From NCBI GenBank assembly GCA_963706575.1, contig CAVPNL010000006.1, positions 64,001 through 128,000 of the forward strand: a stretch of DNA of 64,000 bases, in the 5' to 3' direction. The notes below the pieces were generated by a model. It searched no databases and was not told the origin of the DNA. It saw only the letters and a program-made list of their open reading frames with translations. This DNA comes from an uncultured delta proteobacterium (lineage in GTDB: Bacteria > Desulfobacterota > Desulfobacteria > Desulfobacterales > JAHEIW01). A program made the translations under genes and the position numbers. Positions within the stretch are counted from its first letter, which is position 1; each line of letters opens with the position of its first letter. This document shows, piece by piece, positions 46,815-57,456 of this stretch.

Positions 46815-49016
46815 ATGAAGAATACATCCATGACACGCCGTTCATTTTTAAAAGGCTCCCTGGCCGCAACCGGTTTGACCATTGCGGTTTCGGCAACGCC
46901 TTTGGGATACAGACTGCTCAATGCCTCGCAAAAAGATTCGATTTCAGGCTTAAATCCCAACGCCTGGTTTGCCATAACGCCCGACAATAAGATTACGATT
47001 ACACTGGGAGCATCCGAAATGGGTCAGGGAACCCATACCGCTCTGGCAATGATCGTGGCCGATGAACTCGAGGCCGACTGGAACCAGGTTGAGGTGCGCC
47101 AGGGCGGGGCCAGAAAGGAGTACACAAACCCTATTCTGCATATGCAGCTTGCCGTGGCCAGTGCCACCGTACGGGGGTTTTACGATATTCTGCGAAAAGC
47201 GGGTGCCGGCGGTCGCGCGATGCTTGTTGAGGCGGCCGCGCTGCAATGGAAAGTGCCGCCGAAGGAGTGCCAGGCGCTTAACAGCACAGTCAAACATAAG
47301 AAGAGCGGGCGCAGCCTCACCTATGGGCAGCTCTGCCTGAAGGCCGCCGAATTGCAGGTTCCACAGGACCCGCCCCTTAAGAAGGAAAGCGACTTTCGCT
47401 ACATAGGAAGGGATCTGGCCCGCGTGGACATACCGGATAAAGCCAACGGCAAAGCCGTTTTTGGTCTTGATTTTGCGGTTGATGATATGCACTATGCTGT
47501 TCTGGCACGTCCGCCGGCTTATGGGGCCAAATCCATTTCTTTTGATCAGAAGGCGGCTGAAGCCGTTAAAGGCGTGCTTAAAGTGGCGCCTACCCCGCAT
47601 GGAATCGCCGTGTGCGCAGCCTCGCTGGATGCCGCCTGGAAGGGCCGCGAGGCTCTGAAGGTGAAATGGGACCCGGGGACTCATCCGGGGTTAAACAATG
47701 CCTCCATTGAGAAGAGTTTGCTGGCAGACCTCGACAAACCGGGTTCTGAAGCCGCTAAAAAGGGCGACGCAAAGAAAGCCTTAAGCGAGGCCAGTAAAAA
47801 GGTAAAGGCCACCTATTTTGTGCCCTTTGTCGCGCATGCCACGATGGAGCCGATGAACTGCACGGCGCATGTGCAAAAGGATCGCTGCGACGTATGGGTT
47901 CCCACTCAGGGGCAGACGGTTGCCCAAATCGTGGCTTCCAAGGTATCGGGGCTGCCGCCGGAGAAGGTCGATATCCATACCACCTATCTGGGCGGCGGAT
48001 TCGGCCGCCGCGCCACGCCGGATTTTATTGTGGATGCGGTTATCGCTTCCAAGGTCCTCGGCGGCAAGCCCGTAAAGGTCGTTTGGACCCGTGAAGAGGA
48101 CATGCAAAACGATCAGTACCGTGCCGCCATGTCCCATCGAATTGAAGCCGGCCTTGACAGCCAGGGCCAGCTGATCGGGTGGTCGCACAAAGCCGTTAGC
48201 GGCTCCATTATGAAAGACATCGCTCCCGACGGGATCAAAAACGGGGTCGATATCATGAGCCTGTGGGGTCTGGTCGATTTTCCGGGCTCACCGGACAATA
48301 ACAGGATAATGTACGAGATACCGAATCTTTACGTGGAGTTTTTGCTTTCAGACCTGCCGATCCCCGTTTCCCCCTGGCGTTCGGTGCAGAACGGTCCCAA
48401 TGCTTTTGTGGTCGAGTCTTTTATGGACGAATTGGCTCACGCGGCCGGGAAAGACCCCCTGGAGTTCCGCCTAAAGCTTTTGAAAAATGAGATGCGCCCC
48501 CGGCGGGTGCTGGAAACCGTGGCTGAAAAGGCCGGCTGGGGCAAACCGCTTCCCGCAGGGCATGGGCGCGGTATCGCCCAGCATACCTGTTTTGGAACCT
48601 CTGCCGCCCAGGTTGCAGAGGTGTCTGTAAATGAAAAGGATGGAACCTTCAGGGTTCATCGGATTGTGATTGCCATCGACTGCGGCCTTGCGGTCGCCCC
48701 CTTTAATATCAAAACCCAGATCGAGGGAGCCGTCACCATGGCCTTGAGCACCGTGCTCAGAGAGGAAGTAAAATTTTCCAACGGCGGGGTGTCATCGGCT
48801 AATTTCGATGATTACAACCCAATTCGATTGTCGGAGGTCCCCGACATTGAAGTGCATATTGTCAAAAGCAACGAAGCAATAGGCGGAATCGGCGAACCGG
48901 GGGTGCCGCCCACGGCTCCGGCGGTGGCCAATGCCGTCTTCAACGCAACGGGTGCGCGGATAAGGCGTATTCCGTTAACCCCTGAAAGAGTTCTGGCCGC
49001 CATCAAAAAAGGGTAA
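46815..49016 (+). CDS. Molybdopterin-binding subunit, IorB-like (xanthine oxidase family), Tat-exported
   Basis: TRRSFLK; SEMGQG, HATMEP, GGGFGRR, WTREED, GGIGEPG; start moved to ATG 46815. Confidence 0.92.
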   Translation: MKNTSMTRRSFLKGSLAATGLTIAVSATPLGYRLLNASQKDSISGLNPNAWFAITPDNKITITLGASEMGQGTHTALAMIVADELEADWNQVEVRQGGARKEYTNPILHMQLAVASATVRGFYDILRKAGAGGRAMLVEAAALQWKVPPKECQALNSTVKHKKSGRSLTYGQLCLKAAELQVPQDPPLKKESDFRYIGRDLARVDIPDKANGKAVFGLDFAVDDMHYAVLARPPAYGAKSISFDQKAAEAVKGVLKVAPTPHGIAVCAASLDAAWKGREALKVKWDPGTHPGLNNASIEKSLLADLDKPGSEAAKKGDAKKALSEASKKVKATYFVPFVAHATMEPMNCTAHVQKDRCDVWVPTQGQTVAQIVASKVSGLPPEKVDIHTTYLGGGFGRRATPDFIVDAVIASKVLGGKPVKVVWTREEDMQNDQYRAAMSHRIEAGLDSQGQLIGWSHKAVSGSIMKDIAPDGIKNGVDIMSLWGLVDFPGSPDNNRIMYEIPNLYVEFLLSDLPIPVSPWRSVQNGPNAFVVESFMDELAHAAGKDPLEFRLKLLKNEMRPRRVLETVAEKAGWGKPLPAGHGRGIAQHTCFGTSAAQVAEVSVNEKDGTFRVHRIVIAIDCGLAVAPFNIKTQIEGAVTMALSTVLREEVKFSNGGVSSANFDDYNPIRLSEVPDIEVHIVKSNEAIGGIGEPGVPPTAPAVANAVFNATGARIRRIPLTPERVLAAIKKG

Positions 49017-49311
49017 CCGTGCCTCACTGTCTGTCCAACAACTGTTATTGGACAGCCGCTTCGCGCTTTTCAGGAGGTGATCGACTGCAAAAGGGTCAGC
49101 TTTCAGGCTGTATGGCAAATAAAAATGCGCCGGAGGATTTCAGCCGGAGCGATAAGTTTGGCTGAAGAGATTACAGGAAGGTTTCGATTATAAAAAAGAA
49201 ATGACGCTGGTGCCGTTGTACCCCCAGGGTACAGTGCACCGGCGTCTTTTTTTCCAGCCACTTAAACGTCCATGAATAATAGTTGACAGAAGAAGTGTTA
49301 TGTGATTTATA

Positions 49312-49330
49312 AAACGACCGGTTGGTATTT
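49312..49330. promoter_or_regulatory. TetR operator, upstream copy
   Basis: AAACGACCGGTTGGTATTT after TTGACA at 49283. Confidence 0.6.
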
Positions 49331-49352
49331 TATTTGACAGGGGCGTTTTATA

Positions 49353-49946
49353 ATGAGCAAGGGCATCCAGACACGTCAAAATATCATCGCAAAAGCGCTG
49401 AAGCTTTTTTGTGTCAAGGGCTTTTACAACACTTCGATCAATGATATCCTGGAAGTTACCGGTTTGACCAAAGGCGGGCTGTACGGCCATTTTGCCAGTA
49501 AAGAAGATCTCTGGTATGCGGTTTACGATGAGGCCCTGGGCATTTGGCGCAAAGTTGTATTTCAGGGTATTCAGTCCAGCGCCGACCCCCTGGAACGTAT
49601 TCAAACCCTGATTGAAAATGATATTAACAACAAACTCGGAAACAACATATTCGAGGGCGGCTGCTTTTTCCACAGTATGCTGGTGGAGCTGTCGGGACAA
49701 TCCGTGCCCATGAGCAGCCACCTGATGCAGGGTTTTAATCAGCTGGCCGGGCTGCTGTGCGCCTGGCTGGAACAGGCAGAGCAACAGGGGCTGCTCAAAG
49801 AAAATCTAAATTTTAAAGAGATCGCCAACTATATCATCATTTCTTTAAACGGCGCGGCCGCCTTATACGCGCCCGGCCGCGACCGGGCCATTCTGGATCA
49901 GACCGTTTCCCAGCTTCACTTTTATATCCAGCAGCTAAAAAAATAA
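49353..49946 (+). CDS. TetR family regulator
   Basis: KGFYNTSINDIL..LTKGGLYGHFASKEDL; GGC. Confidence 0.92.
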   Translation: MSKGIQTRQNIIAKALKLFCVKGFYNTSINDILEVTGLTKGGLYGHFASKEDLWYAVYDEALGIWRKVVFQGIQSSADPLERIQTLIENDINNKLGNNIFEGGCFFHSMLVELSGQSVPMSSHLMQGFNQLAGLLCAWLEQAEQQGLLKENLNFKEIANYIIISLNGAAALYAPGRDRAILDQTVSQLHFYIQQLKK

Positions 49947-49990
49947 AATAGTTTGGATTGATACATCATTGGTAATTTATTGGAAAATAA

Positions 49991-50010
49991 ATAAACCGAC
50001 CGGTTTGTAT
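49991..50010. promoter_or_regulatory. TetR operator, downstream copy
   Basis: ATAAACCGACCGGTTTGTAT. Confidence 0.55.
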
Positions 50011-50295
50011 ATATTTAAATTTAAAAAATTTTTTGGCTTTAGATCCGATGATTAAAGTCATTGCCCTACTCCGATACACCATTCGAATATCAGCGGTTAT
50101 GGCATAAACATTAAAGTATTTCGGGAATTATGACGATATTAGGATTAGAGACCAAAAGAAGCGGTCTCAAAATTAAATTCTGTGCTGAAATTCCTTCTGA
50201 GAAATCCCGCTTTCAAGCGGCACCCCTGGATCTGATCTGAATTTTTGAGGCAGCTTTCTAATCGGTCAAACAAATTCGATTCGAGGAGCCGCCAC

Positions 50296-50628
50296 ATGAA
50301 AAAAATTCTCGTTATTATCGCAATCATTTTGATACCCGCCGCCGCTTTTGCCAATTTTTCAATCCAGCTTGACAATAACACCGGAAAAAAAATGTTATAC
50401 ATGCTTTACTGGGTTGATCATACTTACGATTGGCCGTATCCGTTTCATCTGGCCGGCGGTGAACTGAAGGCCTCGGAAACCATTGATCTTAAATCGAGCT
50501 ATCAAAACGGAAAGTACTTTGTGGTCTGGAGCGATAAAGACGATTGGCAAAACAAAGTGATGATGAATGTTAACAGCGATGTCAAATTGGTCGTTGTGAC
50601 ACCGATTAAAAGCAGCATGACAAAATAA
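50296..50628 (+). CDS. Secreted beta-rich hypothetical protein
   Basis: MKKILV..AFA signal peptide; GAGGAG RBS. Confidence 0.75.
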   Translation: MKKILVIIAIILIPAAAFANFSIQLDNNTGKKMLYMLYWVDHTYDWPYPFHLAGGELKASETIDLKSSYQNGKYFVVWSDKDDWQNKVMMNVNSDVKLVVVTPIKSSMTK

Positions 50629-50692
50629 AAATGCGTTGCGGCTTCTGAATTCTCCGGCCGTTTCGTGCTCACGGAAATACCCGACAAGGAAT

Positions 50693-50731
50693 AAAAAAGG
50701 GATATCAGAATTATTCTGATTTCCCTTTTTT
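50693..50731. terminator. Bidirectional terminator
   Basis: AAAAAAGGGATATCAGAA / TTCTGATTTCCCTTTTTT. Confidence 0.8.
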
Positions 50732-50745
50732 ATTAAATTGAAAAT

Positions 50746-52863
50746 TCAGTTGCGCTCAACCTCAACCAGGCAGGTATTGCAGGGAAAGGCGCCGCCGGGG
50801 GACATCACGTCTTTGGTGAGAACATTCACACAGCCGCCGTCATCCACACCATCCGCATCCGGCTGAAACCAGATGCCAGCATCCAGGCTGGCAACCCCTT
50901 CCATGATCCGACCGGTGACTTTAGCGGTGGTGCGCAGGCGGCCGCGATCATTGTAAACCATGACCCGGTCTCTGTCTGAAATACCTCTAGCAGCGGCATC
51001 GGCCGGGTTTAACCAGATGCGGTCATCGGCTTTTTGTTTCAAATGCGGAATATTATCGAATTGGGAATTGACCCGGGTTTTGGCATGAGGGCTTACCAGT
51101 TGCAGGGGAAATTTTGCATAAAGCTTATCATTTGGGCTTTCCCAGGGCTCGATGTACTGGGGGATCGTCGGGAGGTGCGGGTGGTTCATTTGCGCAATTT
51201 TGTGGCTGTATATTTCAATTTTGCCCGATGGTGTCTTAAACGGATGCCCTTGAGGGTCTTCGATCTGGCGTTTAAATGCCACCCAGGGTTCCTTGAGCTC
51301 AATGCGATGAACACCTTCTTGCCTGAATTGCTTCTGGTCGGGAAAATCCGGCGTCGCCTCCAGAAACTCTTTTAACCACTGCTCCGCGGACCGGTCGTTA
51401 TAGCCTTCAAGGCCCAGACGGCGCGCCAGGTCCGTAAAAATAGCCAGGTCTGAGCGGGTCTCAGGCAGGGGATCGATCACCTTGTTCATATAAATACAGT
51501 AAGGCCCGCCCAGCCAGGGCTGGCCGATATCTTCCTGTTCAAGATAGTGGGTCACCGGCAGGACGATGTCCGCATATCGCGCGGTGGGCGTTAAAAACAG
51601 GTCATGTACGACCATAAAGTCCAATGCCTTGAGCGCTTCAATGCCTTTGTTGACATTCAAAAACTGGTTTAACATATTGCAGCCCACCATATAAAGCAGT
51701 CGGATATCAGCCGGATAACCGCCGGCCGTGCCCTTTAGCAGGGTGTCGTAAATTTCAGTGACATGGATCTCCGGGTTTTCTAATTCCGGCACGGGCAAAG
51801 ATGCAGCCAAAGCCCCAAGCGCCATACGATCGGTGCCCCCGGCCACATGGCCGCCGGTGACGCCGATGTTGGCAGTCATGGCAGCCAGCGTAATGGCGGC
51901 GCGGTGAAACTGCTCGCCGAAGGCACTGCGGCCCGGCGCCCATCCGGTGCAAAGTGCCGCCGGCTTCACACTGGCGTATTCCCGCGCAAGCCGGATGATA
52001 TCTTCAGCCGGCATGCCGCTTATCTGCGAGGCCCACTCCGGGGTTTTGGGAATTCCGTCGGTTTTACCCGTGACGTAGGCTCTAAAATCATCAAATCCGA
52101 AGGTGTGGGCTGCCATGAAGTTTTGATCGTAAAGGCTTTCTGCAATCATGACATAGGCCATGGCGATCATCACAGCGGTGTCTGTGCCCGGTTTTACGGC
52201 AATCCATTGTTCAGCCAGGCTGTCAGCGGATTGGGTGCGGCGGGGATCGACGGCAATAATTCTGGCACCGTTTTTCTTTGCTTGCGAAAGATAGGCAGCA
52301 GTGTAAGGTCGGAAACGGGAAACCAGCGGATCCCAGCCCCACAAAATGATTAATTTAGCGTGCAGCAAATTGTCGCGGCTGTTGCCGGTAAACTGGGTTC
52401 CAAGGGTGGTATCGCAGGCGAATCGGGCGCCCTCCAGCGAGGTGCTGCCCCAGACAGTGGTGCATCCACCAAACAGGTTAAAAAAGCGACGCGTGGTTTT
52501 TAAGGTATTATTCAGAGCCGCTTCGTTGCCAAAATAATCCATCAGCAAGGTTGCGTGGGGCCCGAAGGTTTCTTTGACCTGTTTTAATTTTTGAGCCACC
52601 GTGTCCAGGGCTTCGTCCCAGGAGATGGGTTTAAACGCACCGCTGCCGCGTTCGCCGATCCGTTTTAAAGGCTGAGTAAGACGGTCGGATGCATAAACCA
52701 CATGTTTCTGGGAAAGTCCACGGATGCATGCTTTCAAGCCCGGTCCGCGCTGATTGTCGGTGCGGATGCGAGTGATCTTGCCGTCGCAAACATGCACCTT
52801 GAGCAGACAGCGCGCTCCGCAATCATAGGAGCAGGTGGTGGTGATGATCCTTTCACTTGTCAT
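50746..52863 (-). CDS. DMSO reductase family molybdopterin oxidoreductase (DmsA-like, no export signal)
   Basis: [10 protein letters not shown] [4Fe-4S] motif; [27 protein letters not shown]. Confidence 0.9.
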   Translation of the reverse strand: MTSERIITTTCSYDCGARCLLKVHVCDGKITRIRTDNQRGPGLKACIRGLSQKHVVYASDRLTQPLKRIGERGSGAFKPISWDEALDTVAQKLKQVKETFGPHATLLMDYFGNEAALNNTLKTTRRFFNLFGGCTTVWGSTSLEGARFACDTTLGTQFTGNSRDNLLHAKLIILWGWDPLVSRFRPYTAAYLSQAKKNGARIIAVDPRRTQSADSLAEQWIAVKPGTDTAVMIAMAYVMIAESLYDQNFMAAHTFGFDDFRAYVTGKTDGIPKTPEWASQISGMPAEDIIRLAREYASVKPAALCTGWAPGRSAFGEQFHRAAITLAAMTANIGVTGGHVAGGTDRMALGALAASLPVPELENPEIHVTEIYDTLLKGTAGGYPADIRLLYMVGCNMLNQFLNVNKGIEALKALDFMVVHDLFLTPTARYADIVLPVTHYLEQEDIGQPWLGGPYCIYMNKVIDPLPETRSDLAIFTDLARRLGLEGYNDRSAEQWLKEFLEATPDFPDQKQFRQEGVHRIELKEPWVAFKRQIEDPQGHPFKTPSGKIEIYSHKIAQMNHPHLPTIPQYIEPWESPNDKLYAKFPLQLVSPHAKTRVNSQFDNIPHLKQKADDRIWLNPADAAARGISDRDRVMVYNDRGRLRTTAKVTGRIMEGVASLDAGIWFQPDADGVDDGGCVNVLTKDVMSPGGAFPCNTCLVEVERN

Positions 52864-52908
52864 TCTTAGAGCTCTTTGTATGCTTAATGGTTTTATAAAA
52901 GTTTGATT

Positions 52909-52979
52909 TTACCACAGAGAACACAGAGAATGTTTTTTATAATTTTTTGCTCTGTGATCTCTGTGCGCTCTGTGGTGAA
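52909..52979. repeat. Inverted 9-bp repeat element (CACAGAG / CTCTGTG arms)
   Basis: TTACCACAGAGAACACAGAG ... CTCTGTGATCTCTGTGCGCTCTGTGGTGAA. Confidence 0.8.
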
Positions 52980-53284
52980 TAAATAGTCATTTTATATACA
53001 CAATCTCAACCGTTCATACCACCCGAAACTTGCGCGCTTCATCATTCGCTTTAATTTTCAGGAGGATTTCGCCAGGGTTTTATATTAGTCCGTGATGCTT
53101 ACCGAACAGGTCAATAGAAATGAGCGCAAGGTTATTGTCGCCAGTTTGTTTCCCAAAAGCATGACCGCGTTGTAAGGTCCCACCGCTTTTTACGACTAAT
53201 GAATCGAAAATCTGACTTTTTGATAATTAGTGCTTATGTTTTAAGCAGTTTTCCTTAGAACCCTTATATAAGGTGGAGCTAAAA

Positions 53285-54439
53285 ATGATAAAAAAAATCC
53301 TTATTATTGGCGCAATATTTCTGATAGGCATCGTCCTATTTGGCTTTCAAAAGTCAAACGATAAACAACTTAAGCAGGAAGAGAAGAGTGCCCTCATGAA
53401 GACAGAACCTAAAAATTATAAGACCGCAACATTTGCCGGCGGCTGTTTCTGGTGTGTTGAATCGGATTTTGAAAAAGTTGATGGCGTGATCGAAGCCGTA
53501 TCCGGCTATGCCGGTGGTGATGAGCCGAACCCGACTTACAAGCAAGTTTCGGCCGGCGGAACCGGTCATACCGAAGCGGTCCAGGTGCGCTATGACCCGG
53601 ATAAAATCACTTATAAAGAGCTGCTGGATGTTTTATGGCGTCATATGGATCCCACCGATGCCGACGGGCAATTCGGCGATCGCGGCTCCCAGTATCGACC
53701 CGCCATTTTTTACCATGACGAAGAACAAAAGCGCATTGCGCAAGCGTCGAAAGCGGAGCTGGAAAAATCCGGCCGTTTCACCAAACCGATTGCCACCGAA
53801 ATTGTTCCACTGACAAAATTTTATACGGCCGAGGATTATCACCAGGATTATTACAGCAAGAATCCCTTGCGCTATAAAATGTACCGTTACGGCTCCGGCC
53901 GTGATCAGTTTCTGAACCGCACGTGGAGCGCTGAGGCCAAGCCCTCCGCTCAGTCGATGAAATCCGCGGATAATGCCAAATATTCAAAGCCGGACGATGC
54001 GGTGCTCAAAACAAAATTGTCGGCCATGCAATACAAGGTCACCCAGCAAGACGGCACCGAGCCGCCATTCAATAACGAATATAATGATAACAAAAAAGAA
54101 GGCATCTATGTGGACATCGTTTCCGGAGAACCGCTGTTTGCCTCGGTAGACAAGTTTGATTCCGGCACCGGTTGGCCAAGTTTCACCAGACCCCTGGTGC
54201 CCGAAAATATCGTCGAGCATCAAGACAATAAATTTTTTGTGGTGCGAACCGAGGTGCGCAGCAGGCACGCTGATTCTCATCTGGGACATGTTTTTCCGGA
54301 CGGGCCGGCGCCCACCGGTTTGCGGTACTGCATTAATTCCGCCGCCCTGAAATTTATTGCCAGAGAAGACCTGCAAAAAGAAGGGTATGATGAATATTTG
54401 AAATTGTTTGAGTCTGAATCCGCTCAAACGGCCAATTAA
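53285..54439 (+). CDS. msrAB: Bifunctional methionine sulfoxide reductase A/B with N-terminal anchor
   Basis: [20 protein letters not shown] (MsrA); GWPSF, HLGHVF, RYCINS (MsrB). Confidence 0.95.
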   Translation: MIKKILIIGAIFLIGIVLFGFQKSNDKQLKQEEKSALMKTEPKNYKTATFAGGCFWCVESDFEKVDGVIEAVSGYAGGDEPNPTYKQVSAGGTGHTEAVQVRYDPDKITYKELLDVLWRHMDPTDADGQFGDRGSQYRPAIFYHDEEQKRIAQASKAELEKSGRFTKPIATEIVPLTKFYTAEDYHQDYYSKNPLRYKMYRYGSGRDQFLNRTWSAEAKPSAQSMKSADNAKYSKPDDAVLKTKLSAMQYKVTQQDGTEPPFNNEYNDNKKEGIYVDIVSGEPLFASVDKFDSGTGWPSFTRPLVPENIVEHQDNKFFVVRTEVRSRHADSHLGHVFPDGPAPTGLRYCINSAALKFIAREDLQKEGYDEYLKLFESESAQTAN

Positions 54440-54476
54440 TCGTTCTATAAAGCATAAAGCGTAAATGCATAAATGC

Positions 54477-54509
54477 AAAAAGGGAATCCGCTAAAACGGA
54501 TTCCCTTTT
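54477..54509. terminator. Bidirectional terminator
   Basis: AAAAAGGGAATCCG / CGGATTCCCTTTT. Confidence 0.85.
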
Positions 54510-54544
54510 CTGCTTAAAACGAATGTCGCCTGATGAGGTGCCTG

Positions 54545-54955
54545 TCAGGGCTGACGTCCGCCGTCTTTAAAGACTTCGTCCAGTTCCACCTGGAAGCCGG
54601 TGACCAGCGCGTTGGTCTGATTGGCCATGCCCACCACTGCCATCAGCTCGGCCAGCATTTCATCCGTCAACCCTTTTTTTCTGGCGGCCGCCGTATGGCT
54701 GTTGATGCAGTATTCGCAGCCGTTGGTCACGCTGATCGCCACATATAACATCTCCTTGACCAGCGGATCGAGTGCTCCGGGGGCGGTCACCTCTTTAACC
54801 CCTTGCCAGGTGCGCCGCAAAAGCCCGGGTTGCACCGCTATGGCCTTCCAGAAGTTGTTGACCCAGTCAATTTGCCGTGTGGCCATTATGTCATCATAAA
54901 CCGCGCGTACTTCCGGGCTGGCCGCTTCATATTCGATTAGCTTAACCGTTGCCAT
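54545..54955 (-). CDS. AhpD/CMD family alkylhydroperoxidase-like protein
   Basis: KEMLYVAISVTNGCEYCINSH. Confidence 0.9.
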   Translation of the reverse strand: MATVKLIEYEAASPEVRAVYDDIMATRQIDWVNNFWKAIAVQPGLLRRTWQGVKEVTAPGALDPLVKEMLYVAISVTNGCEYCINSHTAAARKKGLTDEMLAELMAVVGMANQTNALVTGFQVELDEVFKDGGRQP

Positions 54956-54981
54956 TTGTATTCTCCTTTCGTCCGATTCTA

Positions 54982-55676
54982 TTACAACAGGTGGTGTTCT
55001 ATTTTGGGTTTAGGTTTCGATGGGACGGATGTCACCTTAGAAGATGATGAAACGGTGTTTGAGTCCTTATTTTTTTTGTAGAACCGGCTGGCTTTGGCGC
55101 GATTGCCGCAATCGGCATGTCACACCAGCGCCGGCTGCGGTTACGGCTGATGTCCAGAAACAACCAGCCGCAGATCGGGTCGGCGCATTTTTTTACCCGC
55201 CTGACTTCTTCTGAGATTAGCAGGTCGGCTGCAGAACGGACAACCGGGTTCAATATCCAGTCCAATTTCGTTTTATTGCCCGTCATTTCCCAGTGAAAAC
55301 CGTCTTGCGTTTTGACGATTTGGGATTGCATCGTGGTTTCGCCAAGGTATTCATTAAAAACCGCCAAATCTTCCCGGGTGTGGTAATGACCTTCCAGGCT
55401 AATCGTAAAGATGCGATAGATGGCTTCCCTTAGGTCAATGGCACGTTTGTGTGCACTTTTGGTTTCGGCAGGATGCCCGTCAGCTCTGCGCAATAAGGCT
55501 CTGGCCTCCTGGTCGCTGATCGTACCTACGTGCCGGCTCCACGCCACCAGGTCGTGATAGGTATTCAAATATTCACCAAGATCTGCGCAGCCATAACAGT
55601 GTACCGTGTTCACAAAATCAAGGCACAAAGCTCCCCCTGATAATTTTATACTGCCCGCATCCCTTTTTTTGCTCAC
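54982..55676 (-). pseudogene. ABATE/CGNR zinc-finger regulator with a 1-nt frameshift at about 55116
   Basis: LCLDFVNT; C..C..FLD.SRNRSRRWCDM, with DCGNRAKA present in the next frame. Confidence 0.8.
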
Positions 55677-55697
55677 TTGATTTCTCCGTAAATATTT

Positions 55698-55775
55698 TAT
55701 AACCGGCAAAAATTATTTGACAGGTTATAAAAAACAGGTTATGTGTATAACCATCAAAAATGTAATAGATGGTTA
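55698..55775. promoter_or_regulatory. Two TAACC-N18-GGTTA palindromes between divergent genes
   Basis: TATAACCGGCAAAAATTATTTGACAGGTTATA (55698-55729) and TAACCATCAAAAATGTAATAGATGGTTA (55748-55775). Confidence 0.7.
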
Positions 55776-55880
55776 GGGATTTGTCAAGCATTTTAATAGC
55801 GAATAATTTGATTTAGATAGCCATAATAATTCACTAAAGATGTGAACCACACTATTCATCCAACTAAAAAGGAGGCCAAG

Positions 55881-56804
55881 ATGAGCGGTCCGCAGTTAAG
55901 CAGGGCTTTGTATGAAAGCATTGGCAAACAAGGCTTTCAAGGAAAAATCATCTCCATTGAGCATGTTGGGGAACTTGAAACAGAAATCATGACCCGTTAC
56001 CAAAAAGGATTGCTGGATCCGGACCTGTATGATGCCTATCTGGCATCTTTTGATTTCGCCTGTCACCAGAAGTTAAAAAATGCCCGATCGCTGATCATTG
56101 TAACTGTCCCGCAGCCCCAGATACGGGTTACTTTTATACAGAAGGATAAGACTTACCCTGTCTTTATTCCGCCAACCTATTATAATGCCATCGATAATGA
56201 TGTGGCAGATTTTCTGAAAGCGGATCTGAAACCGCAGGGATACCAGCTGAAAAAAGTCAGGTTGCCCGAAAAACTGCTGGCCGTGCGTAGCGGACTGGCG
56301 CAGTACGGGAAAAATAACATTACGTATGTAAAGGGGATGGGAAGCTTTCAGCGGCCGGTGGTGTTTATTTCCGATTATCCCTGTGCGGAAGACAGCTGGA
56401 GCGAAGCAACAATCCTGGAGCATTGCGAAAACTGCAGTGCCTGCCTGAAGGCGTGCCCAACCAATGCCATCGTATCGGATCGTTTCCAGCTGTATGCTGA
56501 ACGCTGTCTGACCTTCCACAATGAAAGCTCTAAAGCGTTTCCGCAATGGTTGCCTCCCTCCTGGCACAACTGCCTGGTGGGCTGCATGATCTGCCAGAAA
56601 GTGTGTCCGGCCAATAAAGCGGTCGTTAAATGGATTGAGGCCGGTGCGGCGTTCGACGGTGAAGAAACTGACCTTATTCTAAACGGCGATTCCGAGCAGC
56701 GCCTGCCGCGGGAAACCGTTGCAAAGCTTAAAAAGCTGGACATGATAAGGTATTATGATGTTCTGGGTAGAAATCTGAGGATGTTAATTGAGAAGTCAAC
56801 CTAG
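55881..56804 (+). CDS. QueG/RdhA-like double [4Fe-4S] protein
   Basis: PEKLLAVRSGLAQYGKN; CxxCxxCxxxCP; C..CxxCxxCxxxCP; AAGGAGG RBS before ATG 55881. Confidence 0.8.
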   Translation: MSGPQLSRALYESIGKQGFQGKIISIEHVGELETEIMTRYQKGLLDPDLYDAYLASFDFACHQKLKNARSLIIVTVPQPQIRVTFIQKDKTYPVFIPPTYYNAIDNDVADFLKADLKPQGYQLKKVRLPEKLLAVRSGLAQYGKNNITYVKGMGSFQRPVVFISDYPCAEDSWSEATILEHCENCSACLKACPTNAIVSDRFQLYAERCLTFHNESSKAFPQWLPPSWHNCLVGCMICQKVCPANKAVVKWIEAGAAFDGEETDLILNGDSEQRLPRETVAKLKKLDMIRYYDVLGRNLRMLIEKST

Positions 56805-56934
56805 CATGTCAAACTAGGGCGGGTGTTTGTCGGCACCTGAAAGCCGGCTATTCAGGTTTGACAGGGTAGATCGAGTTTGATAGTTTAAAGTTCAAATTAG
56901 TCTGATCTTCAAACGTCTGAACTGAGGAGGAAGT

Positions 56935-57339
56935 ATGACCAAAAGAAGACTTCAACTGGTCGCATTGTTTTGCTGTTTTTTAATCGGTCTGAGTGCCTGT
57001 TCGCGCAAATGGGCGGTTATCGGAGCCGCCGCCGCGGCGGTGGGTACCGGTGCGTATTTTTACGTAAAAGGGGATCTTAAAAGAAACTATGAAGCCCCGA
57101 TGGACAAGACATGGGATGCAACGGTTAAGGCTTTAGCAGCGCTTCAAATTAACGTTGAATCCAAACAAAATGATGCCTTAACCGGCGTTATTAATGGTAA
57201 ATTGGCCGATGGGAAAAGTTATACCGTGAACGTGAAACGGCTGGGCGAAAATTTGACCGAGGTCAGTATTCGCATCGGCACGTTCGGTGATCGGGAGAGA
57301 GCTGAAGCGATCCATGACAAAATTCTTTCAAATCTATAG
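56935..57339 (+). CDS. DUF3568-like lipoprotein
   Basis: Lipobox LSAC; GAAAAAVG..YVKG; IRIGTFGD. Confidence 0.8.
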   Translation: MTKRRLQLVALFCCFLIGLSACSRKWAVIGAAAAAVGTGAYFYVKGDLKRNYEAPMDKTWDATVKALAALQINVESKQNDALTGVINGKLADGKSYTVNVKRLGENLTEVSIRIGTFGDRERAEAIHDKILSNL

Positions 57340-57456
57340 ACACGCCATTCGAAAACTTCTGAAACCGGATGCGGTTTTTTAGTAAGAATAAAGCGGAGCC
57401 ATTGGCGCCGCTTTATTTGTTTTATCCTTTTTAAATTTCCAAAGGGGTGTGACGCT

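Noticed and set aside
49188..49784. 198-aa minus-strand ORF and similar long antisense ORFs
   Set aside because: Shadow frames of well-supported genes on the opposite strand
50050..50140. Additional sigma28 promoters
   Set aside because: TAAAG to CGATA spacings are off by 1-2 nt from consensus
55881..56804. Assigning the symbol queG or rdhA
   Set aside because: Shares the Fe-S region, but I could not see the QueG-specific N-terminal and substrate motifs, a Tat signal or an rdhB partner
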